NCBI GenBank assembly: GCA_964057225.1
Contig: OZ059895.1
Span: 21,328,001-21,392,000, forward strand
Direction: 5' to 3'
Source: Auanema rhodensis
Lineage: Eukaryota > Animalia > Nematoda
Length of the DNA: 64,000 bases
Shown: positions 40,601 to 54,600 of the stretch, piece after piece
Numbering within the stretch: the first letter of the stretch is position 1
Layout: each line of letters opens with the position of its first letter
Program-made: the position numbers and the translations under genes
The notes under the pieces: generated by a model
Told to the model about the DNA's origin: nothing
Databases searched by the model: none
Seen by the model: the letters and a program-made list of their open reading frames with translations, nothing else

Positions 40601-43600
40601 CGATCATAACTAATTTCTGTATTGAGCGTTTCTCAATGTAGTATAGTGCATTCGATGCGGATTTTTAAGCTGCGTCGATCTGTGTTTTCAGATTTGCGCT
40701 AGCTTAAAAATGCACCGAGATATCAACTGATATAAGTTCACACTTATATCCTCGATTTTCACCCTGAAGAATTAATTTTTTCGTTGAATAACAATGTCCA
40801 TCGTCTTTGCCTTGAAAAAAAAAATCTGAAAACATCTACTTTTTGCTAAATTATTTTGAAATTTTTCGAAAAAATTTTTGTCAAAATGTTTTTGGAAGCA
40901 ATGTTGAGTGTACATGGAAACTCAACATACACTAATGCATCATTTTGCAAACGATCATAACTAATTTCTGTATTGAGCGTTTCTCAATGTAGTATAGTGC
41001 ATTCGATGCGGATTTTTAAGCTGCGTCGATCTGTGTTTTCAGATTTGCGCTAGCTTAAAAATGCACCGAGATATCAACTGATATAAGTTCACACTTACAT
41101 CCTCGATTTTCACCCTGAAGAATTAATTTTTCCGTTGAATAACATTGTCCATCGTCTTTGCCTTGAAAAAAAAATCTGAAAACATCTACTTTTTGCTAAA
41201 TTATTTTGAAATTTTTCGAAAAAATTTTTGTCAAAATGTTTTTGGAAGCAATGTTGAGTGTACATGGAAACTCAACATACACTAATGCATCATTTTGCAA
41301 ACGATCATAACTAATTTCTGTATTGAGCGTTTCTCAATGTAGTATAGTGCATTCGATGCGGATTTTTAAGCTGCGTCGATCTGTGTTTTCAGATTTGCGC
41401 TAGCTTAAAAATGCACCGAGATATCAACTGATATAAGTTCACACTTACATCCTCGATTTTCACCCTGAAGAATTAATTTTTCCGTTGAATAACATTGTCC
41501 ATCGTCTTTGCCTTGAAAAAAAAATCTGAAAACATCTACTTTTTGCTAAATTATTTTGAAATTTTTCGAAAAAATTTTTGTCAAAATGTTTTTGGAAGCA
41601 ATGTTGAGTGTACATGGAAACTCAACATACACTAATGCATCATTTTGCAAACGATCATAACTAATTTCTGTATTGAGCGTTTCTCAATGAAGTATAGTGC
41701 ATTCGATGCGGATTTTTAAGCTGCGTCGATCTGTGTTATCAGATTTGCGCTAGCTTAAAAATGCACCGAGATATCAACTGATATAAGTTCACACTTATAT
41801 CCTCGATTTTCACCCTGAAGAATTAATTTTTTCGTTGAATAACAATGTCCATCGTCTTTGCCTTGAAAAAAAAATCTGAAAACATCTACTTTTTGCTAAA
41901 TTATTTTGAAATTTTTCGAAAAAATTTTTGTCAAAATGTTTTTGGAAGCAATGTTGAGTGTACATGGAAACTCAACATACACTAATGCATCATTTTTCAA
42001 ACGATCATAACTAATTTTTGTATTGAGCGTTTCTCAATGTAGTATAGTGCATTCGATGCGGATTTTTAAGCTGCGTCGATCTGGGTTATCAGATTTGCGC
42101 TAGCTTAAAAATGCACCAAGATATCAACTGATATAAGTTCACACTTATATCCTCGATTTTCACCCTGAAGAATTAATTTTTTCGTTGAATAACATTGTCC
42201 ATCGTCTTTGCCTTAAAAAAAAAAATCTGAAAACATCTACTTTTTGCTAAATTATTTTGAAATTTTTCGAAAAAATTTTTGTCAAAATGTTTTTGGAAGC
42301 AATGTTGAGTGTACATGGAAACTCAACATACACTAATGCATCATTTTGCAAACGATCATAACTAATTTCTGTATTGAGCGTTTCTCAATGTAGTATAGTG
42401 CATTCGATGCGGATTTTTAAGCTGCGTCGATCTGTGTTTTCAGATTTGCGCTAGCTTAAAAATGCACCGAGATATCAACTGATATAAGTTCACACTTACA
42501 TCCTCGATTTTCACCCTGAAGAATTAATTTTTCCGTTGAATAACATTGTCCATCGTCTTTGCCTTGAAAAAAAAATCTGAAAACATCTACTTTTTGCTAA
42601 ATTATTTTGAAATTTTTCGAAAAAAGTTTTGTCAAAATGTTTTTGGAAGCAATGTTGAGTGTACATGGAAACTCAACATACACTAATGCATCATTTTGCA
42701 AACGATCATAACTAATTTCTGTATTGAGCGTTTCTCAATGTAGTATAGTGCATTCGATGCGGATTTTTAAGCTGCGTCGATCTGTGTTTTCAGATTTGCG
42801 CTAGCTTAAAAATGCACCGAGATATCAACTGATATAAGTTCACACTTACATCCTCGATTTTCACCCTGAAGAATTAATTTTTCCGTTGAATAACATTGTC
42901 CATCGTCTTTGCCTTGAAAAAAAAAATCTGAAAACATCTACTTTTTGCTAAATTATTTTGAAATTTTTCGAAAAAATTTTTGTCAAAATGTTTTTGGAAG
43001 CAATGTTGAGTGTACATGGAAACTCAACATACACTAATGCATCATTTTGCAAACGATCATAACTAATTTCTGTATTGAGCGTTTCTCAATGTAGTATAGT
43101 GCATTCGATGCGGATTTTTAAGCTGCGTCGATCTGTGTTTTCAGATTTGCGCTAGCTTAAAAATGCACCGAGATATCAACTGATATAAGTTCACACTTAC
43201 ATCCTCGATTTTCACCCTGAAGAATTAATTTTTCCGTTGAATAACATTGTCCATCGTCTTTGCCTTGAAAAAAAAAATTTGAAAACATCTACTTTTTGCT
43301 AAATTATTTTGAAATTTTTCGAAAAAATTTTTGTTAAAATGTTTTTGGAAGCAATGTTGAGTGTACATGGAAACTCAACATACACTAATGCATCATTTTG
43401 CAAACGATCATAACTAATTTCTGTATTGAGCGTTTCTCAATGAAGTATAGTGCATTCGATGCGGATTTTTAAGCTGCGTCGATCTGTGTTATCAGATTTG
43501 CGCTAGCTTAAAAATGCACCGAGATATCAACTGATATAAGTTCACACTTATATCCTCGATTTTCACCCTGAAGAATTAATTTTTTCGTTGAATAACAATG

Positions 43601-44449
43601 TCCATCGTCTTTGCCTTGAAAAAAAAAATCTGAAAACATCTACTTTTTGCTAAATTATTTTGAAATTTTTCGAAAAAATTTTTGTTAAAATGTTTTTGGA
43701 AGCAATGTTGAGTGTACATGGAAACTCAACATACACTAATGCATCATTTTGCAAACGATCATAACTAATTTCTGTATTGAGCGTTTCTCAATGTAGTATA
43801 GTGCATTCGATGCGGATTTTTAAGCTGCGTCGATCTGTGTTTTCAGATTTGCGCTAGCTTAAAAATGCACCGAGATATCAACTGATATAAGTTCACACTT
43901 ACATCCTCGATTTTCACCCTGAAGAATTAATTTTTCCGTTGAATAACATTGTCCATCGTCTTTGCCTTGAAAAAAAAAATCTGAAAACATCTACTTTTTG
44001 CTAAATTATTTTGAAATTTTTCGAAAAAATTTTTGTCAAAATGTTTTTGGAAGCAATGTTGAGTGTACATGGAAACTCAACATACACTAATGCATCATTT
44101 TTCAAACGATCATAACTAATTTCTGTATTGAGCGTTTCTCAATGTAGTATAGTGCATTCGATGCGGATTTTTAAGCTGCGTCGATCTGTGTTATCAGATT
44201 TGCGCTAGCTTAAAAATGCACCAAGATATCAACTGATATAAGTTCACACTTATATCCTCGATTTTCACCCTGAAGAATTAATTTTTTCGTTGAATAACAA
44301 TGTCCATCGTCTTTGCCTTGAAAAAAGGAATCTAAAAACATATACTTTTTGCTAAATTATTTTGAAATTTTTCGAAAAAATTTTTGTCAAAATGTTTTTG
44401 GAAGCAATGTTGAGTGTACATGGAAACTCAACATACACTAATGCATCAT

Positions 44450-47400
44450 TTTTCAAACGATCATAACTAATTTCTGTATTGAGCGTTTCTCAATGTAGTA
44501 TAGTGCATTCGATGCGGATTTTTAAGCTGCGTCGATCTGTGTTTTCAGATTTGCGCTAGCTTAAAAATGCACCGAGATATCAACTGATATAAGTTCACAC
44601 TTATATCCTCGATTTTCACCCTGAAGAATTAATTTTTTCGTTGAATAACAATGTCCATCGTCTTTGCCTTGAAAAAAAAAATCTGAAAACATCTACTTTT
44701 TGCTAAATTATTTTGAAATTTTTCGAAAAAATTTTTGTCAAAATGTTTTTGGAAGCAATGTTGAGTGTACATGGAAACTCAACATACACTAATGCATCAT
44801 TTTTCAAACGATCATAACTAATTTTTGTATTAAGCGTTTCTCAATGTAGTATAGCGCATTCGATGCGGATTTTTAAGCTGCGTCGATCTGTGTTATCAGA
44901 TTTGCGCTAGCTTAAAAATGCACCAAGATATCAACTGATATAAGTTCACACTTATATCCTCGATTTTCACCCTGAAGAATTAATTTTTTCGTTGAATAAC
45001 AATGTCCATCGTCTTTGCCTTGAAAAAAAAATCTGAAAACATCTACTTTTTGCTAAATTATTTTGAAATTTTTCGAAAAAATTTTTGTCAAAATGTTTTT
45101 GGAAGCAATGTTGAGTGTACATGGAAACTCAACATACACTAATGCATCATTTTTCAAACGATCATAACTAATTTTTGTATTGAGCGTTTCTCAATGTAGT
45201 ATAGTGCATTCGATGCGGATTTTTAAGCTGCGTCGATCTGTGTTATCAGATTTGCGCTAGCTTAAAAATGCACCGAGATATCAACTGATATAAGTTCACA
45301 CTTATATCCTCGATTTTCACCCTGAAGAATTAATTTTTTCGTTGAATAACAATGTCCATCGTCTTTGCCTTGAAAAAAAAAATCTGAAAACATCTACTTT
45401 TTGCTAAATTATTTTGAAATTTTTCGAAAAAATTTTTGTCAAAATGTTTTTGGAAGCAATGTTGAGTGTACATGGAAACTCAACATACACTAATGCATCA
45501 TTTTTCAAACGATCATAACTAATTTCTGTATTGAGCGTTTCTCAATGTAGTATAGTGCATTCGATGCGGATTTTTAAGCTGCGTCGATCTGTGTTTTCAG
45601 ATTTGCGCTAGCTTAAAAATGCACCGAGATATCAACTGATATAAGTTCACACTTATATCCTCGATTTTCACCCTGAAGAATTAATTTTTTCGTTGAATAA
45701 CAATGTCCATCGTCTTTGCCTTGAAAAAAAAAATCTGAAAACATCTACTTTTTGCTAAATTATTTTGAAATTTTTCGAAAAAATTTTTGTCAAAATGTTT
45801 TTGGAAGCAATGTTGAGTGTACATGGAAACTCAACATACACTAATGCATCATTTTTCAAACGATCATAACTAATTTTTGTATTAAGCGTTTCTCAATGTA
45901 GTATAGCGCATTCGATGCGGATTTTTAAGCTGCGTCGATCTGTGTTATCAGATTTGCGCTAGCTTAAAAATGCACCAAGATATCAACTGATATAAGTTCA
46001 CACTTATATCCTCGATTTTCACCCTGAAGAATTAATTTTTTCGTTGAATAACAATGTCCATCGTCTTTGCCTTGAAAAAAAAATCTGAAAACATCTACTT
46101 TTTGCTAAATTATTTTGAAATTTTTCGAAAAAATTTTTGTCAAAATGTTTTTGGAAGCAATGTTGAGTGTACATGGAAACTCAACATACACTAATGCATC
46201 ATTTTTCAAACGATCATAACTAATTTTTGTATTGAGCGTTTCTCAATGTAGTATAGTGCATTCGATGCGGATTTTTAAGCTGCGTCGATCTGTGTTATCA
46301 GATTTGCGCTAGCTTAAAAATGCACCGAGATATCAACTGATATAAGTTCACACTTATATCCTCGATTTTCACCCTGAAGAATTAATTTTTTCGTTGAATA
46401 ACATTGTCCATCGTCTTTGCTTTGAAAAAAAAAATCTGAAAACATCTACTTTTTGCTAAATTATTTTGAAATTTTTCGAAAAAATTTTTGTCAAAATGTT
46501 TTTGGAAGCAATGTTGAGTGTACATGGAAACTCAACATACACTAATGCATCATTTTGCAAACGATCATAACTAATTTCTGTATTGAGCGTTTCTCAATGT
46601 AGTATAGTGCATTCGATGCGGATTTTTAAGCTGCGTCGATCTGTGTTTTCAGATTTGCGCTAGCTTAAAAATGCACCGAGATATCAACTGATATATGTTC
46701 ACACTTACATCCTCGATTTTCACCCTGAAGAATTAATTTTTCCGTTGAATAACATTGTCCATCGTCTTTGCCTTGAAAAAAAAAATCTGAAAACATCTAC
46801 TTTTTGCTAAATTATTTTGAAATTTTTCGAAAAAATTTTTGTCAAAATGTTTTTGGAAGCAATGTTGAGTGTACATGGAAACTCAACATACACTAATGCA
46901 TCATTTTTCAAACGATCATAACTAATTTCTGTATTGAGCGTTTCTCAATGTAGTATAGTGCATTCGATGCGGATTTTTAAGCTGCGTCGATCTGTGTTAT
47001 CAGATTTGCGCTAGCTTAAAAATGCACCAAGATATCAACTGATATAAGTTCACACTTATATCCTCGATTTTCACCCTGAAGAATTAATTTTTTCGTTGAA
47101 TAACAATGTCCATCGTCTTTGCCTTGAAAAAAGAAATCTAAAAACATATACTTTTTGCTAAATTATTTTGAAATTTTTCGAAAAAATTTTTGTCAAAATG
47201 TTTTTGGAAGCAATGTTGAGTGTACATGGAAACTCAACATACACTAATGCATCATTTTTCAAACGATCATAACTAATTTTTGTATTGAGCGTTTCTCAAT
47301 GTAGTATAGTGCATTCGATGCGGATTTTTAAGCTGCGTCGATCTGGGTTATCAGATTTGCGCTAGCTTAAAAATGCACCAAGATATCAACTGATATAAGT

Positions 47401-48650
47401 TCACACTTATGTCCTCGATTTTCACCCTGAAGAATTAATTTTTTCGTTGAATAACATTGTCCATCGTCTTTGCTTTGAAAAAAAAAATCTGAAAACATCT
47501 ACTTTTTGCTAAATTATTTTGAAATTTTTCGAAAAAATTTTTGTCAAAATGTTTTTGGAAGCAATGTTGAGTGTACATGGAAACTCAACATACACTAATG
47601 CATCATTTTGCAAACGATCATAACTAATTTCTGTATTGAGCGTTTCTCAATGTAGTATAGTGCATTCGATGCGGATTTTTAAGCTGCGTCGATCTGTGTT
47701 TTCAGATTTGCGCTAGCTTAAAAATGCACCGAGATATCAACTGATATATGTTCACACTTACATCCTCGATTTTCACCCTGAAGAATTAATTTTTCCGTTG
47801 AATAACATTGTCCATCGTCTTTGCCTTGAAAAAAAAAATCTGAAAACATCTACTTTTTGCTAAATTATTTTGAAATTTTTCGAAAAAATTTTTGTCAAAA
47901 TGTTTTTGGAAGCAATGTTGAGTGTACATGGAAACTCAACATACACTAATGCATCATTTTTCAAACGATCATAACTAATTTCTGTATTGAGCGTTTCTCA
48001 ATGTAGTATAGTGCATTCGATGCGGATTTTTAAGCTGCGTCGATCTGTGTTATCAGATTTGCGCTAGCTTAAAAATGCACCAAGATATCAACTGATATAA
48101 GTTCACACTTATATCCTCGATTTTCACCCTGAAGAATTAATTTTTTCGTTGAATAACAATGTCCATCGTCTTTGCCTTGAAAAAAGAAATCTAAAAACAT
48201 ATACTTTTTGCTAAATTATTTTGAAATTTTTCGAAAAAATTTTTGTCAAAATGTTTTTGGAAGCAATGTTGAGTGTACATGGAAACTCAACATACACTAA
48301 TGCATCATTTTTCAAACGATCATAACTAATTTTTGTATTGAGCGTTTCTCAATGTAGTATAGTGCATTCGATGCGGATTTTTAAGCTGCGTCGATCTGGG
48401 TTATCAGATTTGCGCTAGCTTAAAAATGCACCAAGATATCAACTGATATAAGTTCACACTTATGTCCTCGATTTTCACCCTGAAGAATTAATTTTTTCGT
48501 TGAATAACATTGTCCATCGTCTTTGCCTTGAAAAAAAAATCTGAAAACATCTACTTTTTGCTAAATTATTTTGAAATTTTTCGAAAAAATTTTTGTCAAA
48601 ATGTTTTTGGAAGCAATGTTGAGTGTACATGGAAACTCAACATACACTAA
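44450..48650. repeat. Two consecutive 3-monomer (1052/1053-bp) duplications
   Basis: TAGCGCATT at ~44853/45905; GCTTTGAAA at ~46419/47472; ATATATGTTC at ~46691/47744; AAGAAATCTA at ~47131/48184; TTATGTCC at ~47408/48461. Confidence 0.82.
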
Positions 48651-51600
48651 TGCATCATTTTGCAAACGATCATAACTAATTTCTGTATTGAGCGTTTCTC
48701 AATGTAGTATAGTGCATTCGATGCGGATTTTTAAGCTGCGTCGATCTGTGTTTTCAGATTTGCGCTAGCTTAAAAATGCACCGAGATATCAACTGATATA
48801 AGTTCACACTTACATCCTCGATTTTCACCCTGAAGAATTAATTTTTCCGTTGAATAACATTGTCCATCGTCTTTGCCTTGAAAAAAAAAATCTGAAAACA
48901 TCTACTTTTTGCTAAATTATTTTGAAATTTTTCGAAAAAATTTTTGTCAAAATGTTTTTGGAAGCAATGTTGAGTGTACATGGAAACTCAACATACACTA
49001 ATGCATCATTTTGCAAACGATCATAACTAATTTCTGTATTGAGCGTTTCTCAATGTAGTATAGTGCATTCGATGCGGATTTTTAAGCTGCGTCGATCTGT
49101 GTTTTCAGATTTGCGCTAGCTTAAAAATGCACCGAGATATCAACTGATATAAGGTCACACTTACATCCTCGATTTTCACCCTGAAGAATTAATTTTTCCG
49201 TTGAATAACATTGTCCATCGTCTTTGCCTTGAAAAAAAAAATCTGAAAACATCTACTTTTTGCTAAATTATTTTGAAATTTTTCGAAAAAATTTTTGTCA
49301 AAATGTTTTTGGAAGCAATGTTGAGTGTACATGGAAACTCAACATACACTAATGCATCATTTTGCAAACGATCATAACTAATTTCTGTATTGAGCGTTTC
49401 TCAATGTAGTATAGTGCATTCGATGCGGATTTTTAAGCTGCGTCGATCTGTGTTTTCAGATTTGCGCTAGCTTAAAAATGCACCGAGATATCAACTGATA
49501 TAAGTTCACACTTACATCCTCGATTTTCACCCTGAAGAATTAATTTTTCCGTTGAATAACATTGTCCATCGTCTTTGCCTTGAAAAAAAAAATCTGAAAA
49601 CATCTACTTTTTGCTAAATTATTTTGAAATTTTTCGAGAAAATTTTTGTCAAAATGTTTTTGGAAGCAATGTTGAGTGTACATGGAAACTCAACATACAC
49701 TAATGCATCATTTTTCAAACGATCATAACTAATTTTTGTATTGAGCGTTTCTCAATGTAGTATAGTGCATTCGATGCGGATTTTTAAGCTGCGTCGATCT
49801 GTGTTATCAGATTTGCGCTAGCTTAAAAATGCACCGAGATATCAACTGATATAAGTTCACACTTATATCCTCGATTTTCACCCTGAAGAATTAATTTTTT
49901 CGTTGAATAACAATGTCCATCGTCTTTGCCTTGAAAAAAAAATCTGAAAACATCTACTTTTTGCTAAATTATTTTGAAATTTTTCGAAAAAATTTTTGTC
50001 AAAATGTTTTTGGAAGCAATGTTGAGTGTACATGGAAACTCAACATACACTAATGCATCATTTTTCAAACGATCATAACTAATTTTTGTATTGAGCGTTT
50101 CTCAATGTAGTATAGTGCATTCGATGCGGATTTTTAAGCTGCGTCGATCTGTGTTATCAGATTTGCGCTAGCTTAAAAATGCACCAAGATATCAACTGAT
50201 ATAAGTTCACACTTATATCCTCGATTTTCACCCTGAAGAATTAATTTTTTCGTTGAATAACAATGTCCATCGTCTTTGCCTTGAAAAAAGGAATCTAAAA
50301 ACATATACTTTTTGCTAAATTATTTTGAAATTTTTCGAAAAAATTTTTGTCAAAATGTTTTTGGAAGCAATGTTGAGTGTACATGGAAACTCAACATACA
50401 CTAATGCATCATTTTTCAAACGATCATAACTAATTTTTGTATTGAGCGTTTCTCAATGTAGTATAGTGCATTCGATGCGGATTTTTAAGCTGCGTCGATC
50501 TGTGTTATCAGATTTGCGCTAGCTTAAAAATGCACCGAGATATCAACTGATATAAGTTCACACTTATATCCTCGATTTTCACCCTGAAGAATTAATTTTT
50601 TCGTTGAATAACAATGTCCATCGTCTTTGCCTTGAAAAAAAAAATCTGAAAACATCTACTTTTTGCTAAATTATTTTGAAATTTTTCGAAAAAATTTTTG
50701 TCAAAATGTTTTTGGAAGCAATGTTGAGTGTACATGGAAACTCAACATACACTAATGCATCATTTTTCAAACGATCATAACTAATTTTTGTATTGAGCGT
50801 TTCTCAATGTAGTATAGTGCATTCGATGCGGATTTTTAAGCTGCGTCGATCTGTGTTATCAGATTTGCGCTAGCTTAAAAATGCACCGAGATATCAACTG
50901 ATATAAGTTCACACTTACATCCTCGATTTTCACCCTGAAGAATTAATTTTTCCGTTGAATAACATTGTCCATCGTCTTTGCCTTGAAAAAAAAAATCTGA
51001 AAACATCTACTTTTTGCTAAATTATTTTGAAATTTTTCGAAAAAATTTTTGTCAAAATGTTTTTGGAAGCAATGTTGAGTGTACATGGAAACTCAACATA
51101 CACTAATGCATCATTTTTCAAACGATCATAACTAATTTCTGTATTGAGCGTTTCTCAATGTAGTATAGTGCATTCGATGCGGATTTTTAAGCTGCGTCGA
51201 TCTGTGTTATCAGATTTGCGCTAGCTTAAAAATGCACCAAGATATCAACTGATATAAGTTCACACTTATATCCTCGATTTTCACCCTGAAGAATTAATTT
51301 TTTCGTTGAATAACAATGTCCATCGTCTTTGCCTTGAAAAAAGGAATCTAAAAACATATACTTTTTGCTAAATTATTTTGAAATTTTTCGAAAAAATTTT
51401 TGTCAAAATGTTTTTGGAAGCAATGTTGAGTGTACATGGAAACTCAACATACACTAATGCATCATTTTGCAAACGATCATAACTAATTTCTGTATTGAGC
51501 GTTTCTCAATGTAGTATAGTGCATTCGATGCGGATTTTTAAGCTGCGTCGATCTGTGTTATCAGATTTGCGCTAGCTTAAAAATGCACCGAGATATCAAC

Positions 51601-54600
51601 TGATATAAGTTCACACTTATATCCTCGATTTTCACCCTGAAGAATTAATTTTTTCGTTGAATAACAATGTCCATCGTCTTTGCCTTGAAAAAAAAAATCT
51701 GAAAACATCTACTTTTTGCTAAATTATTTTGAAATTTTTCGAAAAAATTTTTGTCAAAATGTTTTTGGAAGCAATGTTGAGTGTACATGGAAACTCAACA
51801 TACACTAATGCATCATTTTTCAAACGATCATAACTAATTTTTGTATTGAGCGTTTCTCAATGTAGTATAGTGCATTCGATGCGGATTTTTAAGCTGCGTC
51901 GATCTGTGTTTTCAGATTTGCGCTAGCTTAAAAATGCACCGAGATATCAACTGATATAAGGTCACACTTACATCCTCGATTTTCACCCTGAAGAATTAAT
52001 TTTTCCGTTGAATAACATTGTCCATCGTCTTTGCCTTGAAAAAAAAAATCTGAAAACATCTACTTTTTGCTAAATTATTTTGAAATTTTTCGAAAAAATT
52101 TTTGTCAAAATGTTTTTGGAAGCAATGTTGAGTGTACATGGAAACTCAACATACACTAATGCATCATTTTTCAAACGATCATAACTAATTTCTGTATTGA
52201 GCGTTTCTCAATGTAGTATAGTGCATTCGATGCGGATTTTTAAGCTGCGTCGATCTGTGTTATCAGATTTGCGCTAGCTTAAAAATGCACCGAGATATCA
52301 ACTGATATAAGTTCACACTTATATCCTCGATTTTCACCCTGAAGAATTAATTTTTTCGTTGAATAACAATGTCCATCGTCTTTGCCTTGAAAAAAGGAAT
52401 CTAAAAACATATACTTTTTGCTAAATTATTTTGAAATTTTTCGAAAAAATTTTTGTCAAAATGTTTTTGGAAGCAATGTTGAGTGTACATGGAAACTCAA
52501 CATACACTAATGCATCATTTTGCAAACGATCATAACTAATTTCTGTATTGAGCGTTTCTCAATGTAGTATAGTGCATTCGATGCGGATTTTTAAGCTGCG
52601 TCGATCTGTGTTTTCAGATTTGCGCTAGCTTAAAAATGCACCGAGATATCAACTGATATAAGGTCACACTTACATCCTCGATTTTCACCCTGAAGAATTA
52701 ATTTTTCCGTTGAATAACATTGTCCATCGTCTTTGCCTTGAAAAAAAAAATCTGAAAACATCTACTTTTTGCTAAATTATTTTGAAATTTTTCGAAAAAA
52801 TTTTTGTCAAAATGTTTTTGGAAGCAATGTTGAGTGTACATGGAAACTCAACATACACTAATGCATCATTTTGCAAACGATCATAACTAATTTCTGTATT
52901 GAGCGTTTCTCAATGTAGTATAGTGCATTCGATGCGGATTTTTAAGCTGCGTCGATCTGTGTTATCAGATTTGCGCTAGCTTAAAAATGCACCAAGATAT
53001 CAACTGATATAAGTTCACACTTATATCCTCGATTTTCACCCTGAAGAATTAATTTTTTCGTTGAATAACATTGTCCATCGTCTTTGCCTTGAAAAAAAAA
53101 ATCTGAAAACATCTACTTTTTGCTAAATTATTTTGAAATTTTTCGAAAAAATTTTTGTCAAAATGTTTTTGGAAGCAATGTTGAGTGTACATGGAAACTC
53201 AACATACACTAATGCATCATTTTGCAAACGATCATAACTAATTTCTGTATTGAGCGTTTCTCAATGTAGTATAGTGCATTCGATGCGGATTTTTAAGCTG
53301 CGTCGATCTGTGTTTTCAGATTTGCGCTAGCTTAAAAATGCACCGAGATATCAACTGATATAAGTTCACACTTACATCCTCGATTTTCACCCTGAAGAAT
53401 TAATTTTTCCGTTGAATAACATTGTCCATCGTCTTTGCCTTGAAAAAAAAATCTGAAAACATCTACTTTTTGCTAAATTATTTTGAAATTTTTCGAAAAA
53501 ATTTTTGTCAAAATGTTTTTGGAAGCAATGTTGAGTGTACATGGAAACTCAACATACACTAATGCATCATTTTTCAAACGATCATAACTAATTTTTGTAT
53601 TGAGCGTTTCTCAATGTAGTATAGTGCATTCGATGCGGATTTTTAAGCTGCGTCGATCTGTGTTATCAGATTTGCGCTAGCTTAAAAATGCACCGAGATA
53701 TCAACTGATATAAGTTCACACTTATATCCTCGATTTTCACCCTGAAGAATTAATTTTTTCGTTGAATAACATTGTCCATCGTCTTTGCCATGAAAAAAGG
53801 AATCTAAAAACATCTACTTTTTGCTAAATTATTTTGAAATTTTTCGAAAAAATTTTTGTCAAAATGTTTTTGGAAGCAATGTTGAGTGTACATGGAAACT
53901 CAACATACACTAATGCATCATTTTGCAAACGATCATAACTAATTTCTGTATTGAGCGTTTCTCAATGTAGTATAGTGCATTCGATGCGGATTTTTAAGCT
54001 GCGTCGATCTGTGTTATCAGATTTGCGCTAGCTTAAAAATGCACCGAGATATCAACTGATATAAGTTCACACTTATATCCTCGATTTTCACCCTGAAGAA
54101 TTAATTTTTTCGTTGAATAACATTGTCCATCGTCTTTGCCTTGAAAAAAAAAATCTGAAAACAACTACTTTTTGCTAAATTATTTTGAAATTTTTCGAAA
54201 AAATTTTTGTCAAAATGTTTTTGGAAGCAATGTTGAGTGTACATGGAAACTCAACATACACTAATGCATCATTTTTCAAACGATCATAACTAATTTTTGT
54301 ATTGAGCGTTTCTCAATGTAGTATAGTGCATTCGATGCGGATTTTTAAGCTGCGTCGATCTGTGTTATCAGATTTGCGCTAGCTTAAAAATGCACCGAGA
54401 TATCAACTGATATAAGTTCACACTTATATCCTCGATTTTCACCCTGAAGAATTAATTTTTTCGTTGAATAACATTGTCCATCGTCTTTGCCATGAAAAAA
54501 GGAATCTAAAAACATCTACTTTTTGCTAAATTATTTTGAAATTTTTCGAAAAAATTTTTGTCAAAATGTTTTTGGAAGCAATGTTGAGTGTACATGGAAA

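Larger units (their letters stand above)
25800..44300. repeat. Homogenised core domain of the 351-bp array (haplotype B-rich, 3-, 4- and 6-mer periodicity)
   Basis: Most monomers carry TTTTGCAAA, TTCTGTATT, GTTTTCAG, TTACATCC and TTCCGTT. No GGAATCTAAAA variant occurs between ~25733 and ~44327. The domain-restricted marker AATGAAG occurs 12 times (26953-43441), often ~1052 or ~1404 bp apart. Confidence 0.8.
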
